Assembly (NCBI GenBank): GCA_041178085.1
Contig: JBEGVZ010000085.1
Coordinates: forward strand, 82,229 to 146,228
Direction: 5' to 3'
DNA from: Pseudomonadota bacterium
GTDB taxonomy: Bacteria; Bdellovibrionota_B; Oligoflexia; Oligoflexales; RGVZ01
Length of the DNA stretch: 64,000 nucleotides
A program made the position numbers and the translations under genes. Numbering within the stretch: the first letter of the stretch is position 1; each line of letters opens with the position of its first letter. The notes beneath the pieces were generated by a model. That model was not told the DNA's origin. It made no database searches and saw only the letters and a program-made list of their open reading frames with translations. Positions 18,395 to 26,990 of the stretch are shown here, piece after piece.

Positions 18395-21064
18395 ATGGAC
18401 TTGTCCAAGTATGAGTTCCCGGCGCAAAAAGCCCTGCACCAGGGGTTGCAGTATGCGCGGGGATTCGGCCATGTTCATTTTGAACCGGAGCACGTGGCCC
18501 TGGCCATCGTCCGCCACGGCAAGGTTGGCTTGGGGCGTGATGTCAGCGAACGCCTTAAGGCCCACATCGAAAGTCATCTATCGAAGACGCCACGGATCTT
18601 TGGTTCGATCAAGGTCGACTTCGGCAAGCGCCTTTCTGCAGCATTAGACCGTGCCGAATCCGGTGGTGGTGCTGTGACAGAGGCAGTCCTCTGGGACGCC
18701 ATTTGCAAGCAGTCGACTGCCATTCAGAATTTTTTTGCTGCTTATCGCAATTCCCGTAGCGAATCGCGGGAGTTCACGCCCCTCACCGCCATGTCAAAAG
18801 CGGAAAAGGATGCAGGTCCCAAGACTGATGCCAAGGGCGCAAAAGGTAGCCGTCTGAAGCCAGAGGAAAAGTCTGGAGACATTGCATCGCGCCAACCATC
18901 AGAGCCGTCACAAGACGATTTCAAGATGAGCGCGTTTCTGAAGGAATTTACGACTGACCTGACAGAGATGGCTCAGAAGGGCGATCTTGATCCGGTAATT
19001 GGGCGGGACACGGAAGTTCGTCGCGTGCTGGAAATCCTTGGTCGCAAGAAAAAGAACAACCCCCTGCTCCTGGGTGACCCTGGTGTCGGCAAGTCGGCCG
19101 TGGCGGAAGCGGTGGCATTGAAAATCGCAAGCGGTCAGGTTCCCGAGACGATGCGTGACAAACGCGTACTTTCGCTGGACCTTGGTGCATTGCTGGCAGG
19201 GGCCAAATATCGCGGAGAATTTGAAGAGCGGGTCAAGGGACTGCTCAAGGCTCTGGACGAATACAAAGGTCAGATCATTCTGTTTATCGACGAGATCCAT
19301 ATGTTGGTCGGGGCGGGCAATGCACAGGGTTCGGCGGATGCCGCCAACTTGCTCAAGCCGGCCTTGGCACGGGGAATGATCCAGTGCCTTGGCGCGACCA
19401 CCCGGGATGAATATCGTAAATACATCGAAAAGGATCCCGCCCTTGAACGACGCTTTCAGCCCCTATCGGTAGCGGAGCCAGGACGTGCGGCCGCGATCTC
19501 GATCCTTCGCGGATTGAAGGCCCGCTATGAAATCCATCATGGCGTGCAGATCGATGACGACGCCCTCGTGGCGGCAGTGGACATGTCGCTGCGCTACATT
19601 CCTGACCGCCGCTTGCCGGATAAAGCGATTGACCTGGTGGACGAGGCGGCGAGCCGCTTGCGACTCCAGATCGCCAGTGTGCCTGCCGTGCTTGATACCT
19701 TGCGCGGACGGATTGCCCAGCTCGAAATCGAGCGCAAGGCGATTGGTGACCAGGTGGCGAACCAGCGGGCTCTTGTGACGATCGACGCCGAGCTTGCCAA
19801 GGTTCGCAAGGAACACGAACGCGTTGAGGCGATATGGCGCAGCCACCAGGCCGCGCTTGAGGGACTTCGTGAGGCCGAAGTCAAGCGTGAGGAACTCGCC
19901 GGACTTTATGAAGCCGCGAAGGCTCGCGGTGAATTTGAGTTTGCGGCGCGCCTCCAATACATGGAGATCCCGGGCAATGAGAAGAATCTTGAAACTTTGC
20001 GCGCGGATCTGAACATCCAGCAGGCGAAAAACTCTTTCCTTCGCCAGGTGGTGGGAGCTCGTGAGGTGGCCGAAGTGGTCGCCATGTGGACCGGTATCCC
20101 GGTCGACAAGATCGTCGAAGATGAATCAAACCGTCTACTCAAGATGAAAGCGCGGCTCGGTTCGCGCGTATTTGGTCAGGACGATGCGCTGGAGACCGTG
20201 TCGCGGGCGATTCGCCGGGCCCGCACCGGCGTGAACGATCCCAAGAGACCGATCGGTGTATTCTTGTTCCTCGGGCCAACCGGTGTTGGCAAGACAGAGA
20301 CGGCAAAGGCACTGGCCGCTGAGCTTTTCGACAACGAGGCCAGGATGATCCGGGTCGACATGTCAGAGATGATGGAAGCACACAATGTCGCCCGCCTGAT
20401 TGGCGCACCCCCCGGCTACGTTGGGTACGGCGAAGGTGGCGACCTGGCTGAGTCGGTACGCATAAACCCGTATTCGGTCGTGCTTCTTGACGAAATCGAA
20501 AAGGCCCACCCCAAAGTCCTCGATATTTTGCTCCAGGTTTTTGAGGACGGCAGGCTGACTGACGGGCGCGGGAAGCTGGTTGATTTTCGCAACACCTTGA
20601 TCATCATGACGTCAAACCTTGATCCTGGGTTTATCCGCAGCAATCACTCAGTGGATGACTCCGGCCTGCGTAAAGCGCTGGCAGAAACCATGCGCCCCGA
20701 GTTCGTCAACCGGATCGACGAGATCATCCAGTTCCGTGGGTTGACCCGCGTGGAACTTGAGCGGGTGCTGGAAAAGCAATTGATAGAACTCAATGAGAGG
20801 ATTTCCGGGCGCAACTTCCGGGTCGGCCTTGGTCCCAAGATGCGGCAGCATCTGCTCGCCCTTGCAGCAGACCCCCGTTTTGGTGCCCGGACCATGAAGA
20901 GGGCTTTCCACCAGCAGGTGGTCGATGCAGTTTCGGACCGCATCCTCACCATGGCGCCGGCATGCCGGGGTAGCTGGCTTCTGGACCTGGATCCGGACCA
21001 GCGGGTGGTATGGCGCGAGGAGTTTGACCCGGCTCGTTACCTGCCCCCTGCGCGCGAGGGCTGA
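18395..21064 (+). CDS. clpB: ATP-dependent chaperone/disaggregase ClpB
   Basis: 889-aa ORF with two AAA+ modules ([16 protein letters not shown]), a long middle coiled-coil domain and a Clp N-domain. The ATG lies 3 nt after the stop of the sensor gene. Confidence 0.97.
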   Translation: MDLSKYEFPAQKALHQGLQYARGFGHVHFEPEHVALAIVRHGKVGLGRDVSERLKAHIESHLSKTPRIFGSIKVDFGKRLSAALDRAESGGGAVTEAVLWDAICKQSTAIQNFFAAYRNSRSESREFTPLTAMSKAEKDAGPKTDAKGAKGSRLKPEEKSGDIASRQPSEPSQDDFKMSAFLKEFTTDLTEMAQKGDLDPVIGRDTEVRRVLEILGRKKKNNPLLLGDPGVGKSAVAEAVALKIASGQVPETMRDKRVLSLDLGALLAGAKYRGEFEERVKGLLKALDEYKGQIILFIDEIHMLVGAGNAQGSADAANLLKPALARGMIQCLGATTRDEYRKYIEKDPALERRFQPLSVAEPGRAAAISILRGLKARYEIHHGVQIDDDALVAAVDMSLRYIPDRRLPDKAIDLVDEAASRLRLQIASVPAVLDTLRGRIAQLEIERKAIGDQVANQRALVTIDAELAKVRKEHERVEAIWRSHQAALEGLREAEVKREELAGLYEAAKARGEFEFAARLQYMEIPGNEKNLETLRADLNIQQAKNSFLRQVVGAREVAEVVAMWTGIPVDKIVEDESNRLLKMKARLGSRVFGQDDALETVSRAIRRARTGVNDPKRPIGVFLFLGPTGVGKTETAKALAAELFDNEARMIRVDMSEMMEAHNVARLIGAPPGYVGYGEGGDLAESVRINPYSVVLLDEIEKAHPKVLDILLQVFEDGRLTDGRGKLVDFRNTLIIMTSNLDPGFIRSNHSVDDSGLRKALAETMRPEFVNRIDEIIQFRGLTRVELERVLEKQLIELNERISGRNFRVGLGPKMRQHLLALAADPRFGARTMKRAFHQQVVDAVSDRILTMAPACRGSWLLDLDPDQRVVWREEFDPARYLPPAREG

Positions 21065-21079
21065 GGCCACGCTCTTGCC

Positions 21080-21107
21080 TTGACAACCAAGCGCTAGATC
21101 AATAATC
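21080..21107 (+). promoter_or_regulatory. putative sigma70-type promoter for tRNA-Gln (and possibly prs)
   Basis: TTGACA at 21080-21085, then a 15-16 nt spacer, then AATAAT/ATAATC at about 21101-21107. It lies about 25 nt upstream of the tRNA. Confidence 0.4.
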
Positions 21108-21130
21108 CTTCGCACATCCGCACGCGGAGT

Positions 21131-21205
21131 TGGGGCGTCGACAAGCGGTAAGTCACTGGATTTTGATTCCAGCATTCGTAGGTTCGAATCCTACCGCCCC
21201 AGCCA
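21131..21205 (+). tRNA. tRNA-Gln (anticodon UUG)
   Basis: Hand-folded. The acceptor TGGGGCG pairs with CGCCCCA (U1:A72 as in bacterial tRNA-Gln). The anticodon arm is CTGGA-TTTTGAT-TCCAG and the T-arm is GTAGG-TTCGAAT-CCTAC. The discriminator is G and CCA is encoded. Confidence 0.9.
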
Positions 21206-21238
21206 TCTTTCTCCCGGCCCGAAGCAAAGGGAGTCTTC

Positions 21239-22186
21239 ATGAACAACGAACTCATTGTATTTTCAGGCAATGCCAACCGGGCGCTGGCGGAGAGCATCTG
21301 TCGCAACCTGGGTACCGTGCTTGGCCAGGCAATGGTCGGTAATTTCTCGGATGGCGAGACAAGGGTTGAATTGCAGAGCAACGTCCGCGGGCGGGACGTG
21401 TTCATTGTCCAACCGACTTGTGCCCCGGCAAACCAGCACATCATGGAAGCATTGATCATGGCGGACGCCTGCCGGCGGAGCTCTGCCCAGCGCGTCACAT
21501 TGGTGACTCCCTACTTTGGCTATGGTCGCCAGGAGCGCAAGAACGCCCCGCGGACTCCGATCACTGCAAAGTTGATCGCAGACCTGTTTGAGACAGCAGG
21601 CTACAACCGGATCCTGACGCTTGAACTTCACACGTCGGCAATCCAGGGCTTTTTCAACATTCCCGTGGACCATCTTTTCGCCAAGCCGGTTTTTGCTGAG
21701 CATCTTGCTGGCAGGCCGGAACTGCTTGAGGACCTGGTGGTTGTTTCGCCCGATGCTGGAGGCGTGGAAAGGGCGCGCGCCCTTGCCAAGCTTTTCAACA
21801 CCGGTTTGGCCATTGTCGACAAGCGCCGTGACCGTCCAAATGAAAGCCACGTGATGAACGTCATCGGCGAGGTAAAGGGCCGCAATTGCCTGATCGTGGA
21901 CGACATTTGTGACACGGGCGGATCCCTTACCAAGGCAGCCGATACACTCGCTGCGCAGGGGGCGAAGGCTGTCTATGCGGTGATCAGCCATCCCGTTTTG
22001 TCGGGGCCGGCCCTGGAGCGGATTGAGGCCTCGGCCTTGAAGGAGCTTATCTGCACCGATTCGATACCCCTGTCTGAAGATGCCAAAAAGTCATCTAAAA
22101 TCAGGCAGTTAAGTATTTCTAGTTTGTTCGCAGAGGCAATCCGCCGGATTCACAATTCGGATTCAGTCAGTTCCCTTTTTGTCTGA
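21239..22186 (+). CDS. prs: ribose-phosphate pyrophosphokinase
   Basis: 315-aa ORF with typical Prs motifs (VVSPDAGGVERAR, LIVDDICDTGGSL). Confidence 0.97.
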   Translation: MNNELIVFSGNANRALAESICRNLGTVLGQAMVGNFSDGETRVELQSNVRGRDVFIVQPTCAPANQHIMEALIMADACRRSSAQRVTLVTPYFGYGRQERKNAPRTPITAKLIADLFETAGYNRILTLELHTSAIQGFFNIPVDHLFAKPVFAEHLAGRPELLEDLVVVSPDAGGVERARALAKLFNTGLAIVDKRRDRPNESHVMNVIGEVKGRNCLIVDDICDTGGSLTKAADTLAAQGAKAVYAVISHPVLSGPALERIEASALKELICTDSIPLSEDAKKSSKIRQLSISSLFAEAIRRIHNSDSVSSLFV

Positions 22187-22232
22187 GCCAGGCCTCGCCT
22201 CTCACAACCCTGCGAATTTGGGGACAAACGGC

Positions 22233-22261
22233 TTGAAAGCCGCAGCGGATGTGGCTATAAG
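22233..22261 (+). promoter_or_regulatory. putative sigma70-type promoter for rplY-pth
   Basis: TTGAAA (22233-22238), an exact 17-nt spacer, then TATAAG (22256-22261). It lies 42 nt upstream of the rplY ATG. Confidence 0.45.
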
Positions 22262-22302
22262 GCAGGGTTCTATTGGTCCGAAGATCTTGGAGCGAGTGTC
22301 TC

Positions 22303-22587
22303 ATGTCAGATAACACGTTGATTACAATCGAAGGAAAACACCGTGAAGTTGCGGGCAAGACTGCTTCCCGTAAAATCCGTCGCGGTGGAATGATCCCGGC
22401 TGTGTTGAGCCACAAAGGCAAGTCGACCATGCTGGAAATCAACCCGAAGTTTCTTGCCCGTGCCTGGAAGAACGAGAAGAAGTTCAACCTGAGCCTCGAG
22501 GGCAAGGTCATGCCGGTGGTGATCACCGAGCTGCAGCTTGATCATGTGAAGCGCACTGCGCTGCACGTTGACCTGGCGCACGCCTGA
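22303..22587 (+). CDS. rplY: 50S ribosomal protein L25 (short form)
   Basis: MSDNTLITIEGKHREVAGKTASRKIRRGGMIPAVL... is the L25 N-terminal domain only (94 aa). Trimmed from the TTG at 22273 to the ATG at Met11. Confidence 0.85.
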   Translation: MSDNTLITIEGKHREVAGKTASRKIRRGGMIPAVLSHKGKSTMLEINPKFLARAWKNEKKFNLSLEGKVMPVVITELQLDHVKRTALHVDLAHA

Positions 22588-22591
22588 ATCT

Positions 22592-23164
22592 TTGAAGTTG
22601 CTGGTTGCCCTCGGTAATCCGGGGAAGAAATACGAACTGACCCGCCACAATGCGGGGTTCATCGTAGCAGACCAGTTGGTCCGGGATGCGGGGTCAGACT
22701 GGCGGGACGAACTGTCCCGTTTTGAAGCCCTGGTCGCCAAGGCAGTGATCGCCGGTGAGGAATGCCTGGTGTTGAAACCCCAGACATTCATGAATCTCAG
22801 CGGCAGGGCTGTCCAGAAGGCAGCCCATTACTTCAAGATCCCGCCTTCAGACATGGTCGTCATGTATGACGACGTTGATGTTCCGGCGGGCAAGGTGAAG
22901 GCAAGATCCGGCGGTGGTCACGGCGGCCACAACGGTGTCAGGAGCATCATCGAATGCACCGGCACAGCAGAGTTCGCCCGGGTCAAGCTGGGCGTAGGGA
23001 AGCCACTGGAATCAGGACTGGTCAATGTGGCTGTGGCGGACTGGGTTCTTGCACCGATGGGTGCCCAGGAAGTCGAAAACATGAGATGTTCGATGGCCCA
23101 AGAGGCGCTTCTGCGATTGAAAAATATTTTTCAAGGCAGTAGAGCTGCAGGGCTTGGAAATTAA
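22592..23164 (+). CDS. pth: peptidyl-tRNA hydrolase
   Basis: (M)KLLVALGNPGKKYELTRHNAGF... is the canonical Pth N-terminus. A TTG start at 22592 lies just after the rplY stop. The ORF-track TTG at 22568 is an alternative. Confidence 0.9.
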   Translation: MKLLVALGNPGKKYELTRHNAGFIVADQLVRDAGSDWRDELSRFEALVAKAVIAGEECLVLKPQTFMNLSGRAVQKAAHYFKIPPSDMVVMYDDVDVPAGKVKARSGGGHGGHNGVRSIIECTGTAEFARVKLGVGKPLESGLVNVAVADWVLAPMGAQEVENMRCSMAQEALLRLKNIFQGSRAAGLGN

Positions 23165-23223
23165 CCTCCTTTGCCTGCACCAAAGTTGTGTGCCGGCTGA
23201 GAAACCGTAAAGGAGACGGAAGA

Positions 23224-23619
23224 ATGCTTAGAGAATACGAAATGACGTTCATCACCCGTGCGGACGTGCCTGAGAGCGAGTTCCACGGGATCCTGTCAAA
23301 GTATGAAAAGTACATGACAGCTGATGGTGGCGAGATCCTCAAGAAAGACATCTGGGGTTCCCGCAAGCTGACTTACCCGATCAACAAGCAGTACCGCGGT
23401 AACTACGTCAGCTACGACTTTGCTGGCATGCCAGAGCACCTGACTGAGATGGAACGCCTGATGCGCATCGACGAGAATGTCCTGCGCTACCTGTCAGTCC
23501 TCCTCAACAAGCAGGTCGATGTTGCCAAGCGGAAGGTGGAAATCACCAACGAGGCAGCTGCCGCAAAAGAGCGTGAAGCAGCCGCCCGTGAAGCAGCTGA
23601 AGAACTCGGTCGCGACTAA
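23224..23619 (+). CDS. rpsF: 30S ribosomal protein S6
   Basis: MLREYEMTFI...; AAAGGAGA lies upstream. Trimmed to Met13. The C-terminal tail is acidic and Ala-rich. Confidence 0.93.
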   Translation: MLREYEMTFITRADVPESEFHGILSKYEKYMTADGGEILKKDIWGSRKLTYPINKQYRGNYVSYDFAGMPEHLTEMERLMRIDENVLRYLSVLLNKQVDVAKRKVEITNEAAAAKEREAAAREAAEELGRD

Positions 23620-23663
23620 GAAAACGCTTCCCGTGCGGGAAGAAGATTCTGGAGAATGGAAAC

Positions 23664-24107
23664 ATGAAAGTCATCCTGAGCCATGACGTCGACTCCTTGG
23701 GTCGCGTTGGAGATATCGTAAACGTCCGTAACGGCTATGCTCGCAACTTCCTCCTTCCGCGCGGACTTGGTATGCCGGCCAACGAGGAAAACGAAGCCGC
23801 ACTGGCGCACCACAAGCGCATCCTTGACCGCAAGCGCGCAGCTCTTTTGGCTGAAGCCAAGAAGCTTGCCACCGCAATCGAAAAGACTTCGGTAACGGTT
23901 GCCAAGCAAGTTGGCGAAGACGAAAAGATCTTCGGTTCGGTCACTACGGCAGAGCTGGAACAGCTTTTGTCGGCCGAAGGCATCAAGGTGTCCCGCAAGG
24001 ACATCACCTTGCTTGATGACGTCAAGAAGGTCGGCGTTTACGCTGCGCAAGTAAAGTTGCATAGCGACGTCAGTGCCAAGTTCAAAGTCTGGGTTGTTGC
24101 CGGTTGA
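23664..24107 (+). CDS. rplI: 50S ribosomal protein L9
   Basis: MKVILSHDVDSLGRVGDIVNVRNGYARNFLLPRGLG... is classic L9. Confidence 0.95.
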   Translation: MKVILSHDVDSLGRVGDIVNVRNGYARNFLLPRGLGMPANEENEAALAHHKRILDRKRAALLAEAKKLATAIEKTSVTVAKQVGEDEKIFGSVTTAELEQLLSAEGIKVSRKDITLLDDVKKVGVYAAQVKLHSDVSAKFKVWVVAG

Positions 24108-24134
24108 TAGATCCCCCAGAAGGGAGACTGCAAC

Positions 24135-25511
24135 ATGGCACCATTGGACCAGAACACAAACATCCCATCACCCCTTGATGTGGTCGCTCCGCCTCACTCT
24201 GTTGAGGCGGAAAAGGCCGTTCTTGGGGCAATCCTGAACGATCCACCTCTTCTCGGCCTTGTTTCTGACAAGGTCCGGGTAGAGCATTTTTTTCTCGACT
24301 ATCACCGCAAGATCTTCGCTGTGATGATGGAGCTCGACGCAAAGGGCGAGCCATGCGACCTGGTCACGGTAGCTGACCGCCTGCACCGGATGGAGCCTGA
24401 TGCGCGAGTTTCGGCCCCGGTCTACCTGGTCGACTTGACCCAGCAGGCACCAGTCGCTCAAAACATCGAACATCACGCAAGGATCGTCCGCGAGTATTTT
24501 TTCCTGCGGAAGATGATCCGTGTCTGCCAGGACACGATTGGCAAGGCCGCTGCCGCTGAAGGCAATGTCATGGGTTTTGTCGAGGAAGTGGAAAAGTCTT
24601 TCCTCGAGATCACCAATGAACAGTCTCGCCAGAATGCCACCGCCACACACATGGAAGTCCTTGAGAGCACAATCAATGAGCTCGAGGAAAAAATGCTCCG
24701 TGCCGGGGAACTCAGTGGCGTCCCATCCGGTTTCAATGACCTTGATTCGATTACGGGTGGGTGGCAAAAAAGCGACTTGATCATCCTTGCGGCCCGTCCT
24801 GGTATGGGAAAGACCGCCTTTGCCTTGAACTGTGCAATGAACGCAGTAAAACGGGGCATACCGACCATCATATTCAGCCTCGAGATGTCCAAGAACCAGC
24901 TCATGAATCGTCTGATCGCATCAGAGGCGCGGGTTGACTCGTCGAAGCTACGCAAGGCAGAGCCTTTGACGGAAGATGAGCGCAACCGCCTGGTCCAGGC
25001 ATTCCGCTCTTTCAGCGCCCTGCCAGCTGTTCTGGGCGTTAACGATACCGGCGGCCTGAGCCTGACAGAACTGCGCTCTGAGTGCCGTCGCTTCAAGAAG
25101 AAGCTTGGTGGGCTTGGCATGGTTGTAATTGACTACCTTCAGCTGATGACTGCTTCCGCGAATCGGCGCCCCGAGAGCCGGGAACGCGAAATTGCGGAGA
25201 TTTCGGCGGGTTTGAAGAATCTTGCCAAGGAGTTGCAGGTCCCGGTGTTCGCCCTGGCACAGCTAAATCGCGAAGCCGACAAGCGGATCGACAAGCGTCC
25301 AAAGATCAGCGACTTGCGGGAATCAGGGTCGATTGAAATGGACGCCGACGTGATCCTTTTCGTTTACCGAGACGAGTATTACGACCGGAATTCGGAAGAC
25401 GCGGGTAAGGCAGAAATCATTTTCGGTAAAAACCGTCACGGCGGTCTGGATACCGTTCCGTTGGCCTACCAGCCGTCATTTGTTTCTTTCTACAACTTGC
25501 TCAAGTCGTAA
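24135..25511 (+). CDS. dnaB: replicative DNA helicase DnaB
   Basis: 458-aa ORF with Walker A ARPGMGKTAFALN, plus VIDYLQLM and SGSIEMDADV motifs. Confidence 0.97.
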   Translation: MAPLDQNTNIPSPLDVVAPPHSVEAEKAVLGAILNDPPLLGLVSDKVRVEHFFLDYHRKIFAVMMELDAKGEPCDLVTVADRLHRMEPDARVSAPVYLVDLTQQAPVAQNIEHHARIVREYFFLRKMIRVCQDTIGKAAAAEGNVMGFVEEVEKSFLEITNEQSRQNATATHMEVLESTINELEEKMLRAGELSGVPSGFNDLDSITGGWQKSDLIILAARPGMGKTAFALNCAMNAVKRGIPTIIFSLEMSKNQLMNRLIASEARVDSSKLRKAEPLTEDERNRLVQAFRSFSALPAVLGVNDTGGLSLTELRSECRRFKKKLGGLGMVVIDYLQLMTASANRRPESREREIAEISAGLKNLAKELQVPVFALAQLNREADKRIDKRPKISDLRESGSIEMDADVILFVYRDEYYDRNSEDAGKAEIIFGKNRHGGLDTVPLAYQPSFVSFYNLLKS

Positions 25512-25541
25512 AAAACCCACCGGCGAAGTGCGGTGGGTTTG
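25512..25541. terminator. bidirectional rho-independent terminator (dnaB / Fis-like gene)
   Basis: aaaaa-cccaccg (25516-25522), a 8-nt loop, then cggtggg (25531-25537) followed by ttt. It sits between convergent genes. Confidence 0.6.
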
Positions 25542-25567
25542 GCTTTACTGGATGGCCGCCAGACGGT

Positions 25568-25984
25568 TCACGGAACAAAGCCGTGGATCTTCATCTTCTT
25601 GCGTAGTGTGTTGCGGTTGATGCCCAGGATGCGCGAAGCGTGAACCTGATTGCCGCCGGTCCTTCTGAGGATCTGGCCAAGCAGAGGCTTTTCCACCTTT
25701 GACATGATCAGGTCGTACAGGCCGTCCGGGTAAAATTTGCCCAGCTGGTCCAGGAAGCGACCGATCTTGACGTCGACCAGCGCTTCAAGCGCCATGCTAT
25801 CAACCCGGTCGATGAAAGCAGGCTCCAGGTCTGTCCTGGTTTCAAGGTGCGCGCCGGCGCCTACCGGGGTTTTGCTCAGGGATTCAGCTTCGCGAAGGGA
25901 TTCGACAGACACGGGAATCATCTCTCCATCAACGGTTGCATCTGCAGGGACCAAATCTCTAACAGCAGCCTCGGCGAGCGTCAA
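25568..25984 (-). CDS. Fis-family helix-turn-helix DNA-binding protein
   Basis: 138-aa ORF (TTG start). The C-terminus LLGQILRRTGGNQVHASRILGINRNTLRKKMKIHG is a Fis-type HTH. The N-terminal extension is longer than in E. coli Fis. Confidence 0.8.
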   Translation of the reverse strand: MTLAEAAVRDLVPADATVDGEMIPVSVESLREAESLSKTPVGAGAHLETRTDLEPAFIDRVDSMALEALVDVKIGRFLDQLGKFYPDGLYDLIMSKVEKPLLGQILRRTGGNQVHASRILGINRNTLRKKMKIHGFVP

Positions 25985-26191
25985 CCCGGATAAAAACTTC
26001 TCCTGCAGAGAAAAATATTGACTTGGCTGTAAACGAATTCTCCATGCAATTTCTGCCCTCTTTTTTCGCGTCCGCCATCTCGCGTAAAATCAAGACATGT
26101 CCGGATTTTGCGGTTTCTGACCCCTCGACGGCCTGCTCCAGTGGTGGTATCCCATCTGGTTTGAAGGCTTGATTCAAGTGAGGTTTAGGTC

Positions 26192-26752
26192 ATGGATACC
26201 CGGCAAAATGGGGAACCCGAAGAGAATAAGGGCGCAGGTCAGGCTGATCCGGCAACGGCAGGTGATCAGGGCGCTTTGACTGCCGAGATTGACAAGCTCC
26301 GCGAGGAAGTCAAGTCGCTGCAAGACAGGTACCTGCGTCAGGTTGCTGAACTTGAGAACTACCGACGCAGAACTGAGCGTGAAAAGTCGGACCTGTTGAA
26401 GTTTGGTAACGAGGGCTTGGTGAAGGATCTTGTCCCCGTGCTCGACAGTTTCCACCAGGCGATGCCTGCGGGTGGCAGCGAGGAAGCCAGGTCTACCGCT
26501 TCCGTTGAGGGACTGATCAGTGGGATGGATATGGTCAGGCAGCAGCTGATGTCGGCACTGCGCAGGCACGGCTTGGAAGAGGTCCCGGCCGTTGGTAGCA
26601 AGTTCGATCCGAATGTTCATCAGGCGATCCAGAGAATCGAGTCTGATGACTGTGGAGTTGAGACGGTGGCCCAGGAATTCGCCCGTGGCTATTTGCTCAA
26701 CGGCCGGTTGGTGAGGCCGGCGATGGTGAGTGTGACAGTACCCCGGGGCTGA
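26192..26752 (+). CDS. grpE: nucleotide exchange factor GrpE
   Basis: 186-aa ORF with AELENYRRRTEREK and FDPNVHQAI motifs. Confidence 0.95.
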   Translation: MDTRQNGEPEENKGAGQADPATAGDQGALTAEIDKLREEVKSLQDRYLRQVAELENYRRRTEREKSDLLKFGNEGLVKDLVPVLDSFHQAMPAGGSEEARSTASVEGLISGMDMVRQQLMSALRRHGLEEVPAVGSKFDPNVHQAIQRIESDDCGVETVAQEFARGYLLNGRLVRPAMVSVTVPRG

Positions 26753-26773
26753 GTTATATCCCTGCCCCGGATC

Positions 26774-26799
26774 ATGCCCGCAAAGGGCATGTGTTTTTT
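26774..26799 (+). terminator. rho-independent terminator after grpE
   Basis: atgccc (26774-26779) pairs with gggcat (26885-26890 is wrong; read 26785-26790) around the loop gcaaa, followed by gtgtttttt. Confidence 0.65.
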
Positions 26800-26990
26800 G
26801 GCAGCCGGTTCCCGGTTGCGTATCCACTTGACCCCAAAGGGCTTCGGCCCGTTAATTCCGCCCGGTGTCAAAGCCACCAGCGTCTCCGCAAGGGAGTCGT
26901 GCGCTAAGGTTCCTTCAACTTGCACCGATACTCCACAAGAGACAGCAAGAAGAGTTTTTCCGGCTTCACCTGTTCCCAAGGAGATCACGG

